A DNA stretch of 64,000 bases from an uncultured Gemmatimonadota bacterium (GTDB lineage Bacteria > GCA-2686955), in contig CAZBBK010000016.1 of the NCBI GenBank assembly GCA_964490075.1, forward strand, positions 1 to 64,000, read 5' to 3'. The notes beneath the pieces were generated by a model. It saw only the letters and a program-made list of their open reading frames with translations, was not told where the DNA came from and ran no database searches. This document shows positions 12,318-24,811 of this stretch, piece after piece (the first letter of the stretch is position 1; each line of letters starts with the position of its first letter). The translations under genes and the position numbers were made by a program.

Positions 12318-13642
12318 GAAGGATCCTCCAGGCTGGCGGGTTCGGAGCGCCACAACGCGGCCGCCAGCGCGTTCGCGACCGGCTCCAGGTCGATGCGCGC
12401 CAGCACCTCGGTGGCGAAGGCGCGGCTCAACAGGGCGCGCGCTTGAGTCTCGTCCAGGCCGCGAGAGCGCAGGTAGAAGAGCGCGGCCGGATCGAGCTGG
12501 CCGACCGTGGCGCCGTGGGCGCACTTCACGTCGTCGGCGTAGATTTCCAGCTCCGGTTTGGTGTCGACGCGCGCTTCGGGCGAGAGCAGCAGATTCGGAT
12601 TGCGCTGGCGGGCGTCGGTCTGTTGCGCATCGGGGCGCACCAGCACCCGCCCGTTGAAGACCGCGCGCGCGGCATCGGTGAGGATGCCCTTGTAGGTCTC
12701 GGTGCTGGTGCAATGCGCGACCGCATGATCGACGCAAGTGTGGTTGTCGACGTGGCGCGCGCCGCCGGCCATGTAGAGACCCCACAGCTCGCAACGCGAG
12801 CCGCATCCCTGCAGCGACGCATTGGTGTCGATTCGCACCAGCGCGCCCCCGATCGAGATGTTGAAGCCGCTGTAGCGACTGTTCTCCTGTTGCACGATCT
12901 GCACCGTCGCCGTGTGATGCGCTTCGACCCCCTCGCGCTCCAGCCGCACGTGCCGCAGCGCGGCGTTGGCCTCCAGGACCAGCTCGCCGACGGCATTGTT
13001 GTAGTAGCGGGAGGGCTCGCCGAGAGCGCGGTAGTCCTCGATCAGCGTCGCCTCGCTCCCGGCCTCGGCGCGAAACAAGAGGCGCGGATGATGGGCCCCC
13101 TGCCGGTCGGAGAGGAAGCGAACATGAATCGGCCGCTCCAGCAGCACATTCTTCGCGATGTGGATCGCCGCGCCGTCGACCAGGTGGGCGCTGTTCAGGG
13201 CGACCAGGGCCTGCTCCTCTGGGCGCGCGTGGCGACAGAGATGGGCGGCGACCCAGTTGAGGCCGAGCGCCGCCGCGCGGCGCAGCGATCCGACCCAGAC
13301 GCCGCGCGGCAGCGCCTCCAGATCGGAGCCCTGCTCGTCGAGCGCGCCGTCGACGAACGAGAGACGAATGGCGTCGAGCCCCGGGAGCTCTCCCCCGTCG
13401 CTCGCCGCCGCCTGCCCTGCCGCGGCCCTTGGCGCGACCCAGCGATAGTCGCGCCGGCGCAGCGGCTCCAGGTCGGTGTACTTCCAGGCCTCGAGCGCCC
13501 TCGTCGGCAGTCCCAGGCGTTCGAAATCAGCGCGAGCCCGGCGCCGGATCTCGCCGATCCACTCCGGATCGGCGCCGTCCGACCAGTCGGCCAGGTCGCG
13601 GATCAGCGCCCTCGCGCTCGCCCCGGTCGCCGCGGAGCTCAC
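12314..13642 (-). CDS. sufD: Fe-S cluster assembly protein SufD
   Basis: EAWKYTD, KPELEIYADDVKCAHGATVG, LFYLRSRG. Confidence 0.95.
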
Positions 13643-14409
13643 GGCTGCACCCCACCCCTCTGCGGAGGGGCGGTCTCCAACCAGGCATAGCCCTGGCGCT
13701 CCAGGTCGAGCGCCAGGCTCGAGTCGCCCGACTTGACCACCCGCCCCCCGGAGAGCACGTGCACGAAGTCGGGACGCACGTAGTCGAGCAGCCGCTGGTA
13801 GTGGGTGATCAGAATGATGGCGTTGTCGGCGCGGCGCAGCTTGTCGATCCCGCTCGCCACCACCCGAAGGGCGTCGATGTCGAGGCCGGAGTCGGTCTCG
13901 TCGAGGATCGCCAGACGCGGATCGAGCACCGCCATCTGGAAGATCTCGTTGCGTTTCTTCTCGCCACCGGAGAAGCCCTCGTTGACCGCCCGCTGCAAGA
14001 GCGACTCGTCGAGCTCCATCAGGGTCGCTTTCTCCTTCATCAGCTTGATGAAATCGAAGGCATCGAGCTCCTCTTCGCCGCGATGCTTGCGGATCGCGTT
14101 GAGCGCCGCCTTCAAGAAATAGTTGTTGTTGACGCCGGGAATCTCGACCGGGTACTGAAAGCCCAGGAACACCCCCTCGCGGGCCCGCTCCTCGGGCTCC
14201 ATGGCGAGCAGATCCAACTCCCCATAGCGCACCGACCCGCTGGTCACGGTGTAACCCGGCCGGCCGCTGAGCACATGAGCCAGGGTGCTCTTTCCGGAGC
14301 CGTTCGGCCCCATGATCGCGTGCACCTGACCGGCCTCGACGTCGAGATCGATCCCCTTGAGGATCGGCTCGCCGGCGACACTCGCGTGCAGGTCATTGAT
14401 CCGCAGCAT
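13639..14409 (-). CDS. sufC: Fe-S cluster assembly ATPase SufC
   Basis: GPNGSGKST, FQYPVEIPGV, NEGFSGGEKKRNE, LDETDSGLDID. Confidence 0.96.
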   Translation of the reverse strand: MLRINDLHASVAGEPILKGIDLDVEAGQVHAIMGPNGSGKSTLAHVLSGRPGYTVTSGSVRYGELDLLAMEPEERAREGVFLGFQYPVEIPGVNNNYFLKAALNAIRKHRGEEELDAFDFIKLMKEKATLMELDESLLQRAVNEGFSGGEKKRNEIFQMAVLDPRLAILDETDSGLDIDALRVVASGIDKLRRADNAIILITHYQRLLDYVRPDFVHVLSGGRVVKSGDSSLALDLERQGYAWLETAPPQRGGVQP

Positions 14410-14431
14410 CACTTGGTTCCTTCTTCGTCCT

Positions 14432-15919
<1,488 letters not shown>

Positions 15920-15921
15920 CT

Positions 15922-16413
15922 TCAGCCCTTCGGTGCGGAATCGAGGGGTTCGGAGGAGGGAGCGGTGGCGGCGACCGCCTCGGTCTCGGCCTCCGGCGGC
16001 GCCGGCAGGCGGCTGATCTCGGCCAGGCTGACCTGCTCCAGGGCACCGCGCACCACCTGGTTGATCCGCGCCCAGGCCCCTTGCAGGCTGCAGAATGCCT
16101 GCTGATCGCAGTCCGACTCGGCGGCGGGCAGGCAGGCGGTGAGGCCGATCGGGCCCTCCAGGGCGACGATGATCTCGGCCACCGAGAGCGCCGCCGCCGG
16201 CCGCGAGAGCCGATAGCCCCCGTGGGTGCCGCGGGTCGATACCAGGAGCCCGGCGCGCGCCAGCTCGGTGAGGATCTTTCCGACCATCGGCAGCGGCAGG
16301 CGGGTCTGCTGCGAAAGGCCCCGGGCGGTACAGACCTCGCCCCCCTCGCCCATCCGCCCCATGAGGCTCAGGAGGACGATGCCATAGTCGGTTTGGCGGG
16401 TGATTCTCAGCAA
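15922..16413 (-). CDS. Rrf2-family SUF regulator (IscR-like)
   Basis: [20 protein letters not shown], three cysteines [16 protein letters not shown]; first gene of the suf operon. Confidence 0.92.
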   Translation of the reverse strand: MLRITRQTDYGIVLLSLMGRMGEGGEVCTARGLSQQTRLPLPMVGKILTELARAGLLVSTRGTHGGYRLSRPAAALSVAEIIVALEGPIGLTACLPAAESDCDQQAFCSLQGAWARINQVVRGALEQVSLAEISRLPAPPEAETEAVAATAPSSEPLDSAPKG

Positions 16414-16457
16414 AGGAGCGCCTCGTGCAGGCCCCGCCGAGGGAGCGCCGCGGGCCT

Positions 16458-16481
16458 AATCAGACCAAATCGTTCGAGATT
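16458..16481. promoter_or_regulatory. Putative Rrf2 operator upstream of the suf operon
   Basis: Imperfect palindrome AATCAGACCAAATCGTTCGAGATT about 45 bp upstream of the Rrf2 start. Confidence 0.4.
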
Positions 16482-16545
16482 CGAAGATAGGCGGGTTCGG
16501 GAGCGATTGCAAGGAGATATGTGCCAGCCGATCGCCCCGCGCGCC

Positions 16546-17347
16546 TCACTCCCCAGACCCCCTCCCCAACACCACCGCCCGATCGCCCATCGCCGCCGCG
16601 GCGTTGAAGAACGCCCGTACCGTGGCATAGTCCTCGGCGAGCCACAGAGGGGAATTCAGGCGCCGCAGCCGCTGGACCGAAAGCGCCTCACCGACCACCG
16701 AGAAAGCGATCTGGCAGCTTCCCGCTCGATTCGATCTCGCGGGGGAATTCGGAATCGCACGCAGCACACGTCTGGTGTCACCGACCATGAGCGCTGACAC
16801 CCCTTCCAAGTACCACGGAAGCTGCTTGCAGGCGACACCCTCGACACCGCGGTAGAGAAACTCGTACTCATCTTCACCATCCGGCACCGTGACATTATCG
16901 CCGGCGTTCAGCGTCATGTAGTTCGGCGTCGTGAAGTCGTCGTAGAGATGCGAGAAACCGCTCGGGATACCCTTCCTTAATGTCGTCTTTGGGCAGCTTG
17001 ACGATTCCGCCATCGCGATGGAGGGTTCGACCCGCGATCTCCTTGACCTTCTGCTTCTCATCCGTGAGAGGCAGCACCACATCGACCTGGTCGGATTCGG
17101 TAGCGTCGAAAATGCGGATGCGGCGGAAGATCTCCTACCGGCAGCGCTTCTTGTGGAGATTGGAATCGTCAGCCTTGATCCGTTCCAGCGGAATCAGCGA
17201 GTGGGTGACCGACGCGCTCGAATCTACCGCGGCCCGCCAGGCATCTTCCGGCAGCGGCTCGAAATCGTATCTGCCGTGCGCACTGGACGAATCCACCAAT
17301 GCCAACAGGAGCGCGCCGAGCGCGGCCACGAACGGTTGCCTGTCCAT
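16546..17347 (-). pseudogene. Decayed DUF3857-family exported protein (second of a pair)
   Basis: Signal-like MDRQPFVAALGALLLAL, in-frame TAG at 17135-17137, then IFRRIRIFD...KEIAGRTLHRDG; family-typical C-terminus EDYATVRAFFN in another frame. Confidence 0.6.
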
Positions 17348-17399
17348 GACGAAGTCCTTGAAAACTGGTTTCGGTTCGACTCGCGAGGCGCGACCGGGA

Positions 17400-18607
17400 C
17401 CCCGGGTGAGAGCGTCGACATCCGGCGCGGATACCAGCACCGATGAGCCCTGCAGGCTCCATGGAACCCTCCCGAATGGTGTGTCGATCGCGGTTGGATC
17501 GAAGTAGACCCAACGCTCAGTGAACGCGTGGTCGTGAATCTGGATCAGGGAAGTCGCTCCGCGCGATATGGCGACCAGGCAGTGATTGAACTGAAAGGGT
17601 GTCGGCAGTTCGGGATGGACTCGGTCGAAGCTATTGGCCAAAACGGGGAAGCTGGTGATGCCGACCGCGACGTAGCGAATCTCGTCGCGGACGAACTCGG
17701 CGAGCGCCCTGATGCTGTCGATGCGGGAGGTCGCCCCCTCGAGCAGCTCCGTTGGCCGCCGGGTCAGTGCCTCGCCGGAGTCCCAGCTTTACGCGACGAG
17801 GCTCGTGTACCAACGCCCCACGGCACCCCATGTCTCGATCGACCGGTCGCTGTCGCGGTCGGCCGCCACGACCATGAGTCGCCGCGCCAGGTGGGTGATG
17901 GGGGCACCGAGAGGTTCGTCGGGCTGGGGACCGAGATCCTCCACGCGCCAGATCCAGTCTCTGCCGTCTCGCGTCGGCTCGACTCCATCCAAGTGAGTCG
18001 AAGCGTGCAGCAGAGACCACCCCTTGGGAATGCGCAGCCGATACTCGCGACCGACAAGGGGCGCCGAGAGCTGGAAGATGAACTCCTGGGTGGCCGCCGA
18101 AATGTCGCGAATCGCTACTTCGTACTCGTAGGCGACCACCCCACCGGCTTCGAGGTTCTCGAACGACGCACCGAGAATCCGACTCTCGTCGTGGTAGGTC
18201 ACGGACTCGAAGGAATCGATCTCGATCCGCTGATCCTTGGGTAGCTTGCTCTCCGCTCCCCCCGGCGAGATCATCCACCCCTTGAGATTCTTGACCCGCA
18301 GCTCCGAGGAGATTGGCAGAAGAACTCCCGACTCGATCCCGCCTCCGTCTCTGAGCGCCCGGACCACGATTCTGTGCCGCGTGCGTGCTTCGGTTTGACC
18401 GCGGATCTCGGCGTCGGCCCGGTGGTAGAGCACCACCTCCTCCGCGTCGCCCCTCTCTTGCCGATGCTCCGCCGATCGGATCGCCCGAGTCATCCAGTCG
18501 GGCGCGGCCAGCAACGGCGGCGCCAGAGCGAACAGAATCGCCAACGCCGATGCGACACGGCGGCCGAAGCTCCCCCCGACAAGGCCTCGTCCTCCAGAAC
18601 AACCCAT
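17400..18607 (-). pseudogene. Decayed DUF3857 + transglutaminase-like protein
   Basis: Signal peptide and DUF3857-like region, in-frame TAA at 17789-17791, then FVRDEIRYVAV, FNHCLVA and WVYFDPT; the GDCKD segment and the C-terminus are missing; left boundary approximate. Confidence 0.7.
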
Positions 18608-18749
18608 GCCGATTCCTCCCCATCGGGCTTCGGTGCCATGTTCAAGTTCAGAATTCGAACGTCACTCGGCTCGTCGACCACGCGTGACGTGGTGTCGTGA
18701 AGGGTGACTCGGCGGATCCTCGCGCAGACGACGAGCATCCAGGAGCCCC

Positions 18750-19181
18750 TTAGCGAGGAGCGGGCAAGACCGTCAGATCCACCGCCCGCGCCGCCTCGCT
18801 CATCCGCACATCCAAAGTGCCGAAAATCAGTCGCGCGCCCAGCTCCTCCTGCAAGAGGAGCGCGGCGGCGACGTGGGCCGCGTCGATGCTCCGGCAGCCG
18901 GCCAGGCGGGGATCGAGACGGACTCGGCCGGCAATCGCCGCGATGTCGTCGTAGAAGCTGATGGCGCGTGCGTCGGCGTCGAAGCGCTGCATGGCCGCGT
19001 CGAGGAGCGGGCGATCGTCGGGCGCCGCGGCCAGGGCTCGGCGCAGCACCACCGGAACCTCGATCGCGAGCAGCCGCGACGACACATGGATCGGGTCGGC
19101 GCGCAGCAGATCGCGCGCATCGGCGGCTCGGGACTGGCCCAGGTAGACCTCCAGCAGCAAGCTGGAGTCGAGGTAGATCAC
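18750..19181 (-). CDS. vapC: PIN-domain toxin (VapC family)
   Basis: MIYLDSSLL, LLAIEV, RSIDAAHVAAA, FGTLD. Confidence 0.88.
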   Translation of the reverse strand: MIYLDSSLLLEVYLGQSRAADARDLLRADPIHVSSRLLAIEVPVVLRRALAAAPDDRPLLDAAMQRFDADARAISFYDDIAAIAGRVRLDPRLAGCRSIDAAHVAAALLLQEELGARLIFGTLDVRMSEAARAVDLTVLPAPR

Positions 19182-19483
19182 GGTCGATCCGCGCGCGTGT
19201 CGTCCAGGAGCCGCGCCAGGTCGACGGCCTGCCCGGGGGTCGGAGGCAGGTCTTGGTGCGCGCTCGGAAGGGTCCCCGAGCCGAGCTCGAGGCGGCCGCT
19301 GCGTGCCAGGCGCTGCAGGGTTTCGCGCTCGTCACCGTCGGAGGCATGGGGCAGCGCGGGCGGAGGCCCGATCTGGGCGACGACGCGGCCCCGATCGGTG
19401 ACCAGAACGATCTCGCCGCGCTTTACCAGGGACAGATAGCGACTGAGCTGGTTCTTGAGCTCTCGAATCCCGATGGCTCGCAT
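19178..19483 (-). CDS. Phd/YefM-family antitoxin
   Basis: MRAIGIRELKNQLSRYLSLVKRGEIVLVTDRGRVVA; overlaps the toxin start. Confidence 0.9.
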   Translation of the reverse strand: MRAIGIRELKNQLSRYLSLVKRGEIVLVTDRGRVVAQIGPPPALPHASDGDERETLQRLARSGRLELGSGTLPSAHQDLPPTPGQAVDLARLLDDTRADRP

Positions 19484-19487
19484 GGCT

Positions 19488-19514
19488 CCAATGTAGCTCT
19501 CGTGGCTACATTGG
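19488..19514. promoter_or_regulatory. Toxin-antitoxin operator palindrome
   Basis: Perfect 10-bp inverted repeat CCAATGTAGC-N7-GCTACATTGG 4 nt upstream of the antitoxin ATG. Confidence 0.7.
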
Positions 19515-19541
19515 GCAACTCGGCTTGCGCGGCGCAAGCCC

Positions 19542-20258
19542 TCAGAGCGGCCGAATCCGAATGCTCACCGTCCCCAACTGCCCACCGGCGGTAGCGTTCA
19601 CGGTCACCAGCTTCTCGCCCACCAGCTCGGAGGCGTTGACCTGCATCTCGAAGGTCGCGCGGGCCTCTCCGTTGTCGTCCGTCACCACCGTATCGTTGCC
19701 GCTGATCTGCCCCTCGTCGGCGGCGAAAGTCACCACCTTGCGAGCGACCCGATTGTCGTTGCGGTCGGTCACCACGGCGGTCAGCTCCGACTCCACCAGG
19801 CGCGACTCGCCGGCCTGGAGCTCGTGCACCGCCGGCTCGGCGAGTAAGATCACCGTCTCCACCACGTAGCCGATCTGCACGCTCACCGAATCCGACACTG
19901 CCCCCGAGCGCGCCTCGACCAGCGCCGTTCCCTCGAGCTGCGAAGAGCGCAGCGTGGTTGCGGCGACCCCGTCCACGGTCGACACCACGTCGCTCGACAG
20001 GGTGCCGAGGGTGGTGGAGAAGAACACCCGGGTGCCGTCGGCGACGATCCCCTCGGTGGGGATGATCCGCGCCGTGATCGCGGTGCTGGACTCTCCGTCG
20101 GCCTCGATGATCGGATCGACGGACGAGACGACCATGGTCGACCCGGCCGGGGCGTAGAGAGGCAGCTCGTCGCAGCCCCAGAGGACGCCCAGGAACAGGG
20201 CCAACGGCAGCACGCCGCACGCCGACCCGAGGAATCGGTACTTGTTCTGGCGGATCAT
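19542..20258 (-). CDS. Lipoprotein with two bacterial Ig-like (Big_1/invasin-type) domains
   Basis: Lipobox LWGC, IEADGESSTAITA, DGTRVFFSTTLG, VTDDNGEA; GGAGG upstream. Confidence 0.78.
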   Translation of the reverse strand: MIRQNKYRFLGSACGVLPLALFLGVLWGCDELPLYAPAGSTMVVSSVDPIIEADGESSTAITARIIPTEGIVADGTRVFFSTTLGTLSSDVVSTVDGVAATTLRSSQLEGTALVEARSGAVSDSVSVQIGYVVETVILLAEPAVHELQAGESRLVESELTAVVTDRNDNRVARKVVTFAADEGQISGNDTVVTDDNGEARATFEMQVNASELVGEKLVTVNATAGGQLGTVSIRIRPL

Positions 20259-20367
20259 CGGTGGAGACCTCCGGAGGCGGCGGATCGTGGCGACTGAATC
20301 GCCCGGGGGTGGTTCGGGGTATTCGAGGTGTGGGACCATACTATTCCATCCAAATCGGCAGGAACTC

Positions 20368-20733
20368 ATGATCGAGTCTCTTCTTCTGATCGCGCTCCTG
20401 GCGCTCGCGGTGGTGGTCTGCGCCAAGATCGTCGGCGCCCTCTTCGGCGCGCTTTTCTGGGTGATCGCCCTGCCCTTCAAGATCCTGGCCGGACTGCTCT
20501 CCTTCGTGCTCTTCCTGGTGCTCCTGCCGCTCAAGCTGGCGGGCGCGGCGATCGGCCTGGCCCTGCTGGTGCTGCTGCTGCCGATCCCGCTGCTGGCGGT
20601 CGGCTTCGGGCTGGTGATGGCGCTGCTCGGCGTGGGGTTGACCCTGGTGATCCCGCTCCTGCCGGTGATCCTGCTGGCGGTGGCGGTCGGCATGCTGCTG
20701 CGCGGCGGTTCCGCGCCGGCCGGCGGCGCATGA
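20368..20733 (+). CDS. Hydrophobic membrane protein
   Basis: Leu-rich, LPFKI/LPLKL pattern, start after AGGA. Confidence 0.7.
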   Translation: MIESLLLIALLALAVVVCAKIVGALFGALFWVIALPFKILAGLLSFVLFLVLLPLKLAGAAIGLALLVLLLPIPLLAVGFGLVMALLGVGLTLVIPLLPVILLAVAVGMLLRGGSAPAGGA

Positions 20734-21023
20734 GGCATGGTCCGGGCGCCGCGAGGCGGGTGCGGGCGCTGGTCCAGGGGCGCGTGCAGGGTGTCGGCTT
20801 TCGCTGGTTCACACGGCGCAGCGCTGAAGAACTGGGACTGAGCGGATCGGTCCGCAATCGCGTCGACGGCTCGGTCGAGGTCGAGATCCAGGGTCCGGCC
20901 GCGGCGGTCGAGAAGATGATCGAAGCGCTGCGTCGAGGACCCGGCGCAGCCCGTGTCGAGCGCCTGCGGACTCAGACCCTGGAGCCGATCGCCGGCGCGT
21001 CACGCTTCGAGGTCCGCTTCTGA
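20730..21023 (+). CDS. acyP: Acylphosphatase
   Basis: [22 protein letters not shown]. Confidence 0.92.
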   Translation: MRHGPGAARRVRALVQGRVQGVGFRWFTRRSAEELGLSGSVRNRVDGSVEVEIQGPAAAVEKMIEALRRGPGAARVERLRTQTLEPIAGASRFEVRF

Positions 21024-21024
21024 A

Positions 21025-21363
21025 TCACCCGCGCCGCGAGCGCAGGTAGTCCTCGACCTGCTCGAGCTCGGCGCGCAGCTCGTCGATCGACACCGCGGCG
21101 AGGTCGCCGGCGACGCACTGCTGCTCGGCTTCGCGCGCGGCCTCGCTCAGACCAGCCGCCCCCACGCTGCTCGCCGAGCCCTTGATGGTATGCGCCTGGT
21201 GCCGCGCCGCGGCCGCGTCACCGCTGGCCAGCGCCTGCTCCAACGCCTCGATGCGCTCCAGTCCGTCGGTGACCAGGAGCTCCAGCAAGTCGATCTCGAA
21301 CTCCGCGCTGCCTCCGGAGGCATCGCGCAGGCGTCTCTCGTCCACCACTGCTCGGCTGGTCAT
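21025..21363 (-). CDS. Stand-alone Hpt phosphotransfer protein
   Basis: AHTIKGSASSVGA; AGGAG upstream of ATG. Confidence 0.88.
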   Translation of the reverse strand: MTSRAVVDERRLRDASGGSAEFEIDLLELLVTDGLERIEALEQALASGDAAAARHQAHTIKGSASSVGAAGLSEAAREAEQQCVAGDLAAVSIDELRAELEQVEDYLRSRRG

Positions 21364-21588
21364 GGCTCCTCGCTCCAGATCCTCGCGGAAGGGCTCTGCG
21401 CGCCGACCGCCCCGGCACTCACGGCTCCGCCCATCCCCGAGATCGGCCATCGATGCGCCGCAATCCAGATTCCGCGCCGGCGGGGCGCGCATCGATGACA
21501 CGGGATCGGCGGCGATGATAGCGTAGTCGTCCGTTTCGCGCGGATCGGCTGCATTCCGGCCGCCAACTCGCGACCGAAGAGGAGCACC

Positions 21589-24500
21589 ATGTCCGGCTAT
21601 CTGCGCTTCCCGACGATCCACGACGACAGGGTGGTGTTCGTGGCGGAGGACGATCTGTGGAGCGTTTCGGCCGCCGGCGGAGCGGCGCGGCGCCTGACCA
21701 CCAACCTCGGACCGGCGACCCGCCCGCGCTTGTCGCCGGACGGCGCCTGGCTGGCCTTCGCGGGGCGCGAGGAGGGACCGGCGGAGATTTGCTGCATGCC
21801 GGCGGAAGGCGGGCCGGCCCGCCGCCTCACCCATCTGGGCGGATGCCTGCCGGCCGGCTGGAGCCGCGACGGCGAGCGCATCTTCTTTGCGTCCAGCGCC
21901 GGCCAGGCCTTCGCCAGCCAGTACCGGATCTTCTCCGTCGGGCGCGGTGGCGGCCACCCGCGGCCGGTGGGCCTCGGTCAGGCCCTCACCCTCACGCTCG
22001 GCCCCGGCGATGCCATGGCTGTGGGCCGCGGCGGACTGGCCGCGGCGTACTGGAAGCGCTATCGCGGCGGCCGCGCCGGGCGCCTCTGGGTCGACGCCGA
22101 GGGCAGGGGCGAGTTCCGGCCGCTGATCGAGCTGGACGGCAATCTCGGCTGGCCGATGTGGATCGGCGAGCGGATCTACTTCCGCTCCGACCACCAGGGA
22201 ATCGGCAACCTCTACTCCTGTTCGCCGCGGGGCGAGGATCTGCGCCGGCACACCGACCACGAACGTTTCTACGCTCGCAACCCGACCACCGACGGCCGGC
22301 GCATCGTCTACCAGGTCGCCGGCGATCTGTGGATCCACGACCCGGAGCATGACCGATCCCGCCCGCTCGAAGTGTCGATCCACAGCTCCCGCAACCAGCT
22401 GAATCGGCGCTTCGTGCCGGGGGCGAAGTTCGTCGATTACGAGGCGATCCACCCACGGGGACACTCCCTCGCCCTCACCACGCGCGGCAAGCTGCACAGC
22501 TTCGGCGGCTGGGAGGGAGCGGTGGTGCAGCACGGCGAGGCGCAGGGGGTGCGCTACCGCCTCGGTCAGTGGAGCAGCGAGGGCGAGCGCCTGGTCTGCA
22601 TCTCCGACCAGGGCGGCGAGGAGTCGATCGAGATCCGGCCGGCGGCGGGCGACGCTCCTGCGCGGCGCATCGAAGATCTCGACCTCGGTCTGGCGACCCT
22701 GCTGCGCGCCGCTCCACAGGGCGACCTGGCGGTGGTCGCCAATCACCGTTTCGAGCTCTTCCTCGTCGACCTGGAAGCCGGCAGCCACAAGCGCATCGAC
22801 CGCAGCCGCCACGGCCGCATCGGCGACGCCGCCTGGTCCCCCGACGGGGCCTGGATCTGCTACACCTTCGCCATCTCGAACCGCAACGTCCAGCTCAAGC
22901 TCTACCACGTCGAGAGCGGCCGCTCGCACGCCCTGACCTCGTCCGGATTCGTCGACCTCTCGCCCAGCTTCGACCCCGAGGGGCGCTACCTCTACTTCCT
23001 GTCCTACCGCGAGTTCAACCCGGTCTACGACAGCCACCATTTCGATCTCGGCTTCCCGCACGGGGCGCGCCCCTTCGCCATCGTCCTGCGCAAGGACGCC
23101 CCCTCGCCCTTCGTGCCCGCGCCACGTCCGGTGGGAGACGAGCGCCCCGGCCGCGCGGGAGCACCGGGCCGCGAGGCGAGCCCGCCCGCCGAGCCCCCCG
23201 GCCCCGTCGCCACCCCCATCGATCTCGACGGAATCGACCGTCGCATCGTCGCCTTCCCGGTCCCCGAGCGGCGCTACCTGCAGATCCGCGCCGCCGCCGG
23301 CAAGGCCCTCTACACCTCGCTGCCGGTGACCGGCGCGCTGCCGAGCGAGCAACACGAGAAAGAGCCCAAGGGGGTGCTGCATAGCTTCGATCTCGAGGAG
23401 CAGCGCGAAGAGACCTTCGCGAGCGGCGTCGAAAGCTTCGAGGTCACGCCCGACGGCCGCGCGCTGCTCTACCGAACCGGCTCCCGCTTGCGCCTGCTCC
23501 CGACCCAGGAGAAGCCGCCCCCCGATCTGCCCAAGCGCGGTCGCCGCTCGGGCTGGATCGACCTGGACCGCCTGCGCGTCGAAGTCGACCCGCCCAGCGA
23601 GTGGCGCCAGATGTTCCGCGAGAGCTGGCGGCTGATGCGCGAGAACTTCTGGACCGCCGACCTGTCCGAGGTCGACTGGAAAGAGGTCTACCGGCGCTAC
23701 CTGCCGCTCCTGGACCGCGTCACCACCCGCCACGAGCTCTCCGATCTCTTCTGGGAGGTGCTGGGCGAGCTCGGCACCTCGCACGCCTACGAGATGGAAG
23801 GCGACTACCGGCCCACGCCCGACTTCGACCAGGGGCACCTGGGTGCCGACTTCGAGTACGACGCCGCGGCCGACGGCTACCGCATCACCCACATCGTGCG
23901 CGGCGATCCGTGGCGAAATCGGGCCGACTCGCCGCTGAATCGGCCGGGACTGAATCTCTCGGTCGGCGATCTGCTGGTGGCGATCGGCGGCCGGCGCCTG
24001 AGCCGGGAGCTGGGGCCCCACCAGGCCCTGGTGCGGACGGCTGGGCACGAGGTCGCGCTGACCTTCGAGGACTCGGAGGGGCGGCGCAGGGTCGCGGTCG
24101 AGGCGCTGCGTGACGAGCGCCCGGCGCGCTATCGCGAATGGGTCGACACCAACCGCGCCCGGGTCCATCGCGAGACCGAGGGCCGGGTTGGCTACGTGCA
24201 CGTCCCCGACATGGGACCGCAGGGCTTCGCCGAGTTCCATCGCTACTTCCTGGCCGAGACCGACAAGCAAGCGCTGATCATCGACGCCCGCTTCAATGGC
24301 GGCGGCCATGTCTCGCAGCTCCTGCTCGAGAAGCTGGCGCGCCGGCCGCTCGGCTACAGCCAACCGCGCTGGGGAGAGCCCTCGTCCTATCCAAGCGACT
24401 CGATCCCGGGACCGATGGTGGCCATAACCAACGAATTTGCGGGCTCTGACGGAGATATCTTCAGCCATTGCTTCAAGCTGATGGGACTGGGGCCCCTGAT

Positions 24501-24807
24501 CGGCAAGCGCACCTGGGGCGGGGTGGTCGGGATCTGGCCGCGGCACACGCTGGTCGACGGCACGCTGACCACCCAGCCGGAGTTCTCGTTCTGGTTCAGC
24601 GACGTGGGCTGGCAGGTCGAGGGCTACGGCACCGATCCCGACATCGAGGTCGAGATCCGCCCCCAGGACTACGCCGCCGGCTGCGATCCGCAGCTCGAGC
24701 GCGCCATCGAGGAGATCGGACGCCTGCTCAAGGAGACGGAGCCGCGCGGTCCCGATCTGACCCAGCGACCGATCCGCAAGGCGCCGGCGCTGCCGCCGCG
24801 GATGTGA
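21589..24807 (+). CDS. Tricorn protease (S41; beta-propellers + PDZ)
   Basis: GYLRFPTIH start, ELGTSHAY, GYVHVPDM, IDARFNGGG, AGSDGD, GKRTWGGVVG, GYGTDPD. Confidence 0.95.
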   Translation: MSGYLRFPTIHDDRVVFVAEDDLWSVSAAGGAARRLTTNLGPATRPRLSPDGAWLAFAGREEGPAEICCMPAEGGPARRLTHLGGCLPAGWSRDGERIFFASSAGQAFASQYRIFSVGRGGGHPRPVGLGQALTLTLGPGDAMAVGRGGLAAAYWKRYRGGRAGRLWVDAEGRGEFRPLIELDGNLGWPMWIGERIYFRSDHQGIGNLYSCSPRGEDLRRHTDHERFYARNPTTDGRRIVYQVAGDLWIHDPEHDRSRPLEVSIHSSRNQLNRRFVPGAKFVDYEAIHPRGHSLALTTRGKLHSFGGWEGAVVQHGEAQGVRYRLGQWSSEGERLVCISDQGGEESIEIRPAAGDAPARRIEDLDLGLATLLRAAPQGDLAVVANHRFELFLVDLEAGSHKRIDRSRHGRIGDAAWSPDGAWICYTFAISNRNVQLKLYHVESGRSHALTSSGFVDLSPSFDPEGRYLYFLSYREFNPVYDSHHFDLGFPHGARPFAIVLRKDAPSPFVPAPRPVGDERPGRAGAPGREASPPAEPPGPVATPIDLDGIDRRIVAFPVPERRYLQIRAAAGKALYTSLPVTGALPSEQHEKEPKGVLHSFDLEEQREETFASGVESFEVTPDGRALLYRTGSRLRLLPTQEKPPPDLPKRGRRSGWIDLDRLRVEVDPPSEWRQMFRESWRLMRENFWTADLSEVDWKEVYRRYLPLLDRVTTRHELSDLFWEVLGELGTSHAYEMEGDYRPTPDFDQGHLGADFEYDAAADGYRITHIVRGDPWRNRADSPLNRPGLNLSVGDLLVAIGGRRLSRELGPHQALVRTAGHEVALTFEDSEGRRRVAVEALRDERPARYREWVDTNRARVHRETEGRVGYVHVPDMGPQGFAEFHRYFLAETDKQALIIDARFNGGGHVSQLLLEKLARRPLGYSQPRWGEPSSYPSDSIPGPMVAITNEFAGSDGDIFSHCFKLMGLGPLIGKRTWGGVVGIWPRHTLVDGTLTTQPEFSFWFSDVGWQVEGYGTDPDIEVEIRPQDYAAGCDPQLERAIEEIGRLLKETEPRGPDLTQRPIRKAPALPPRM

Positions 24808-24811
24808 CGCG

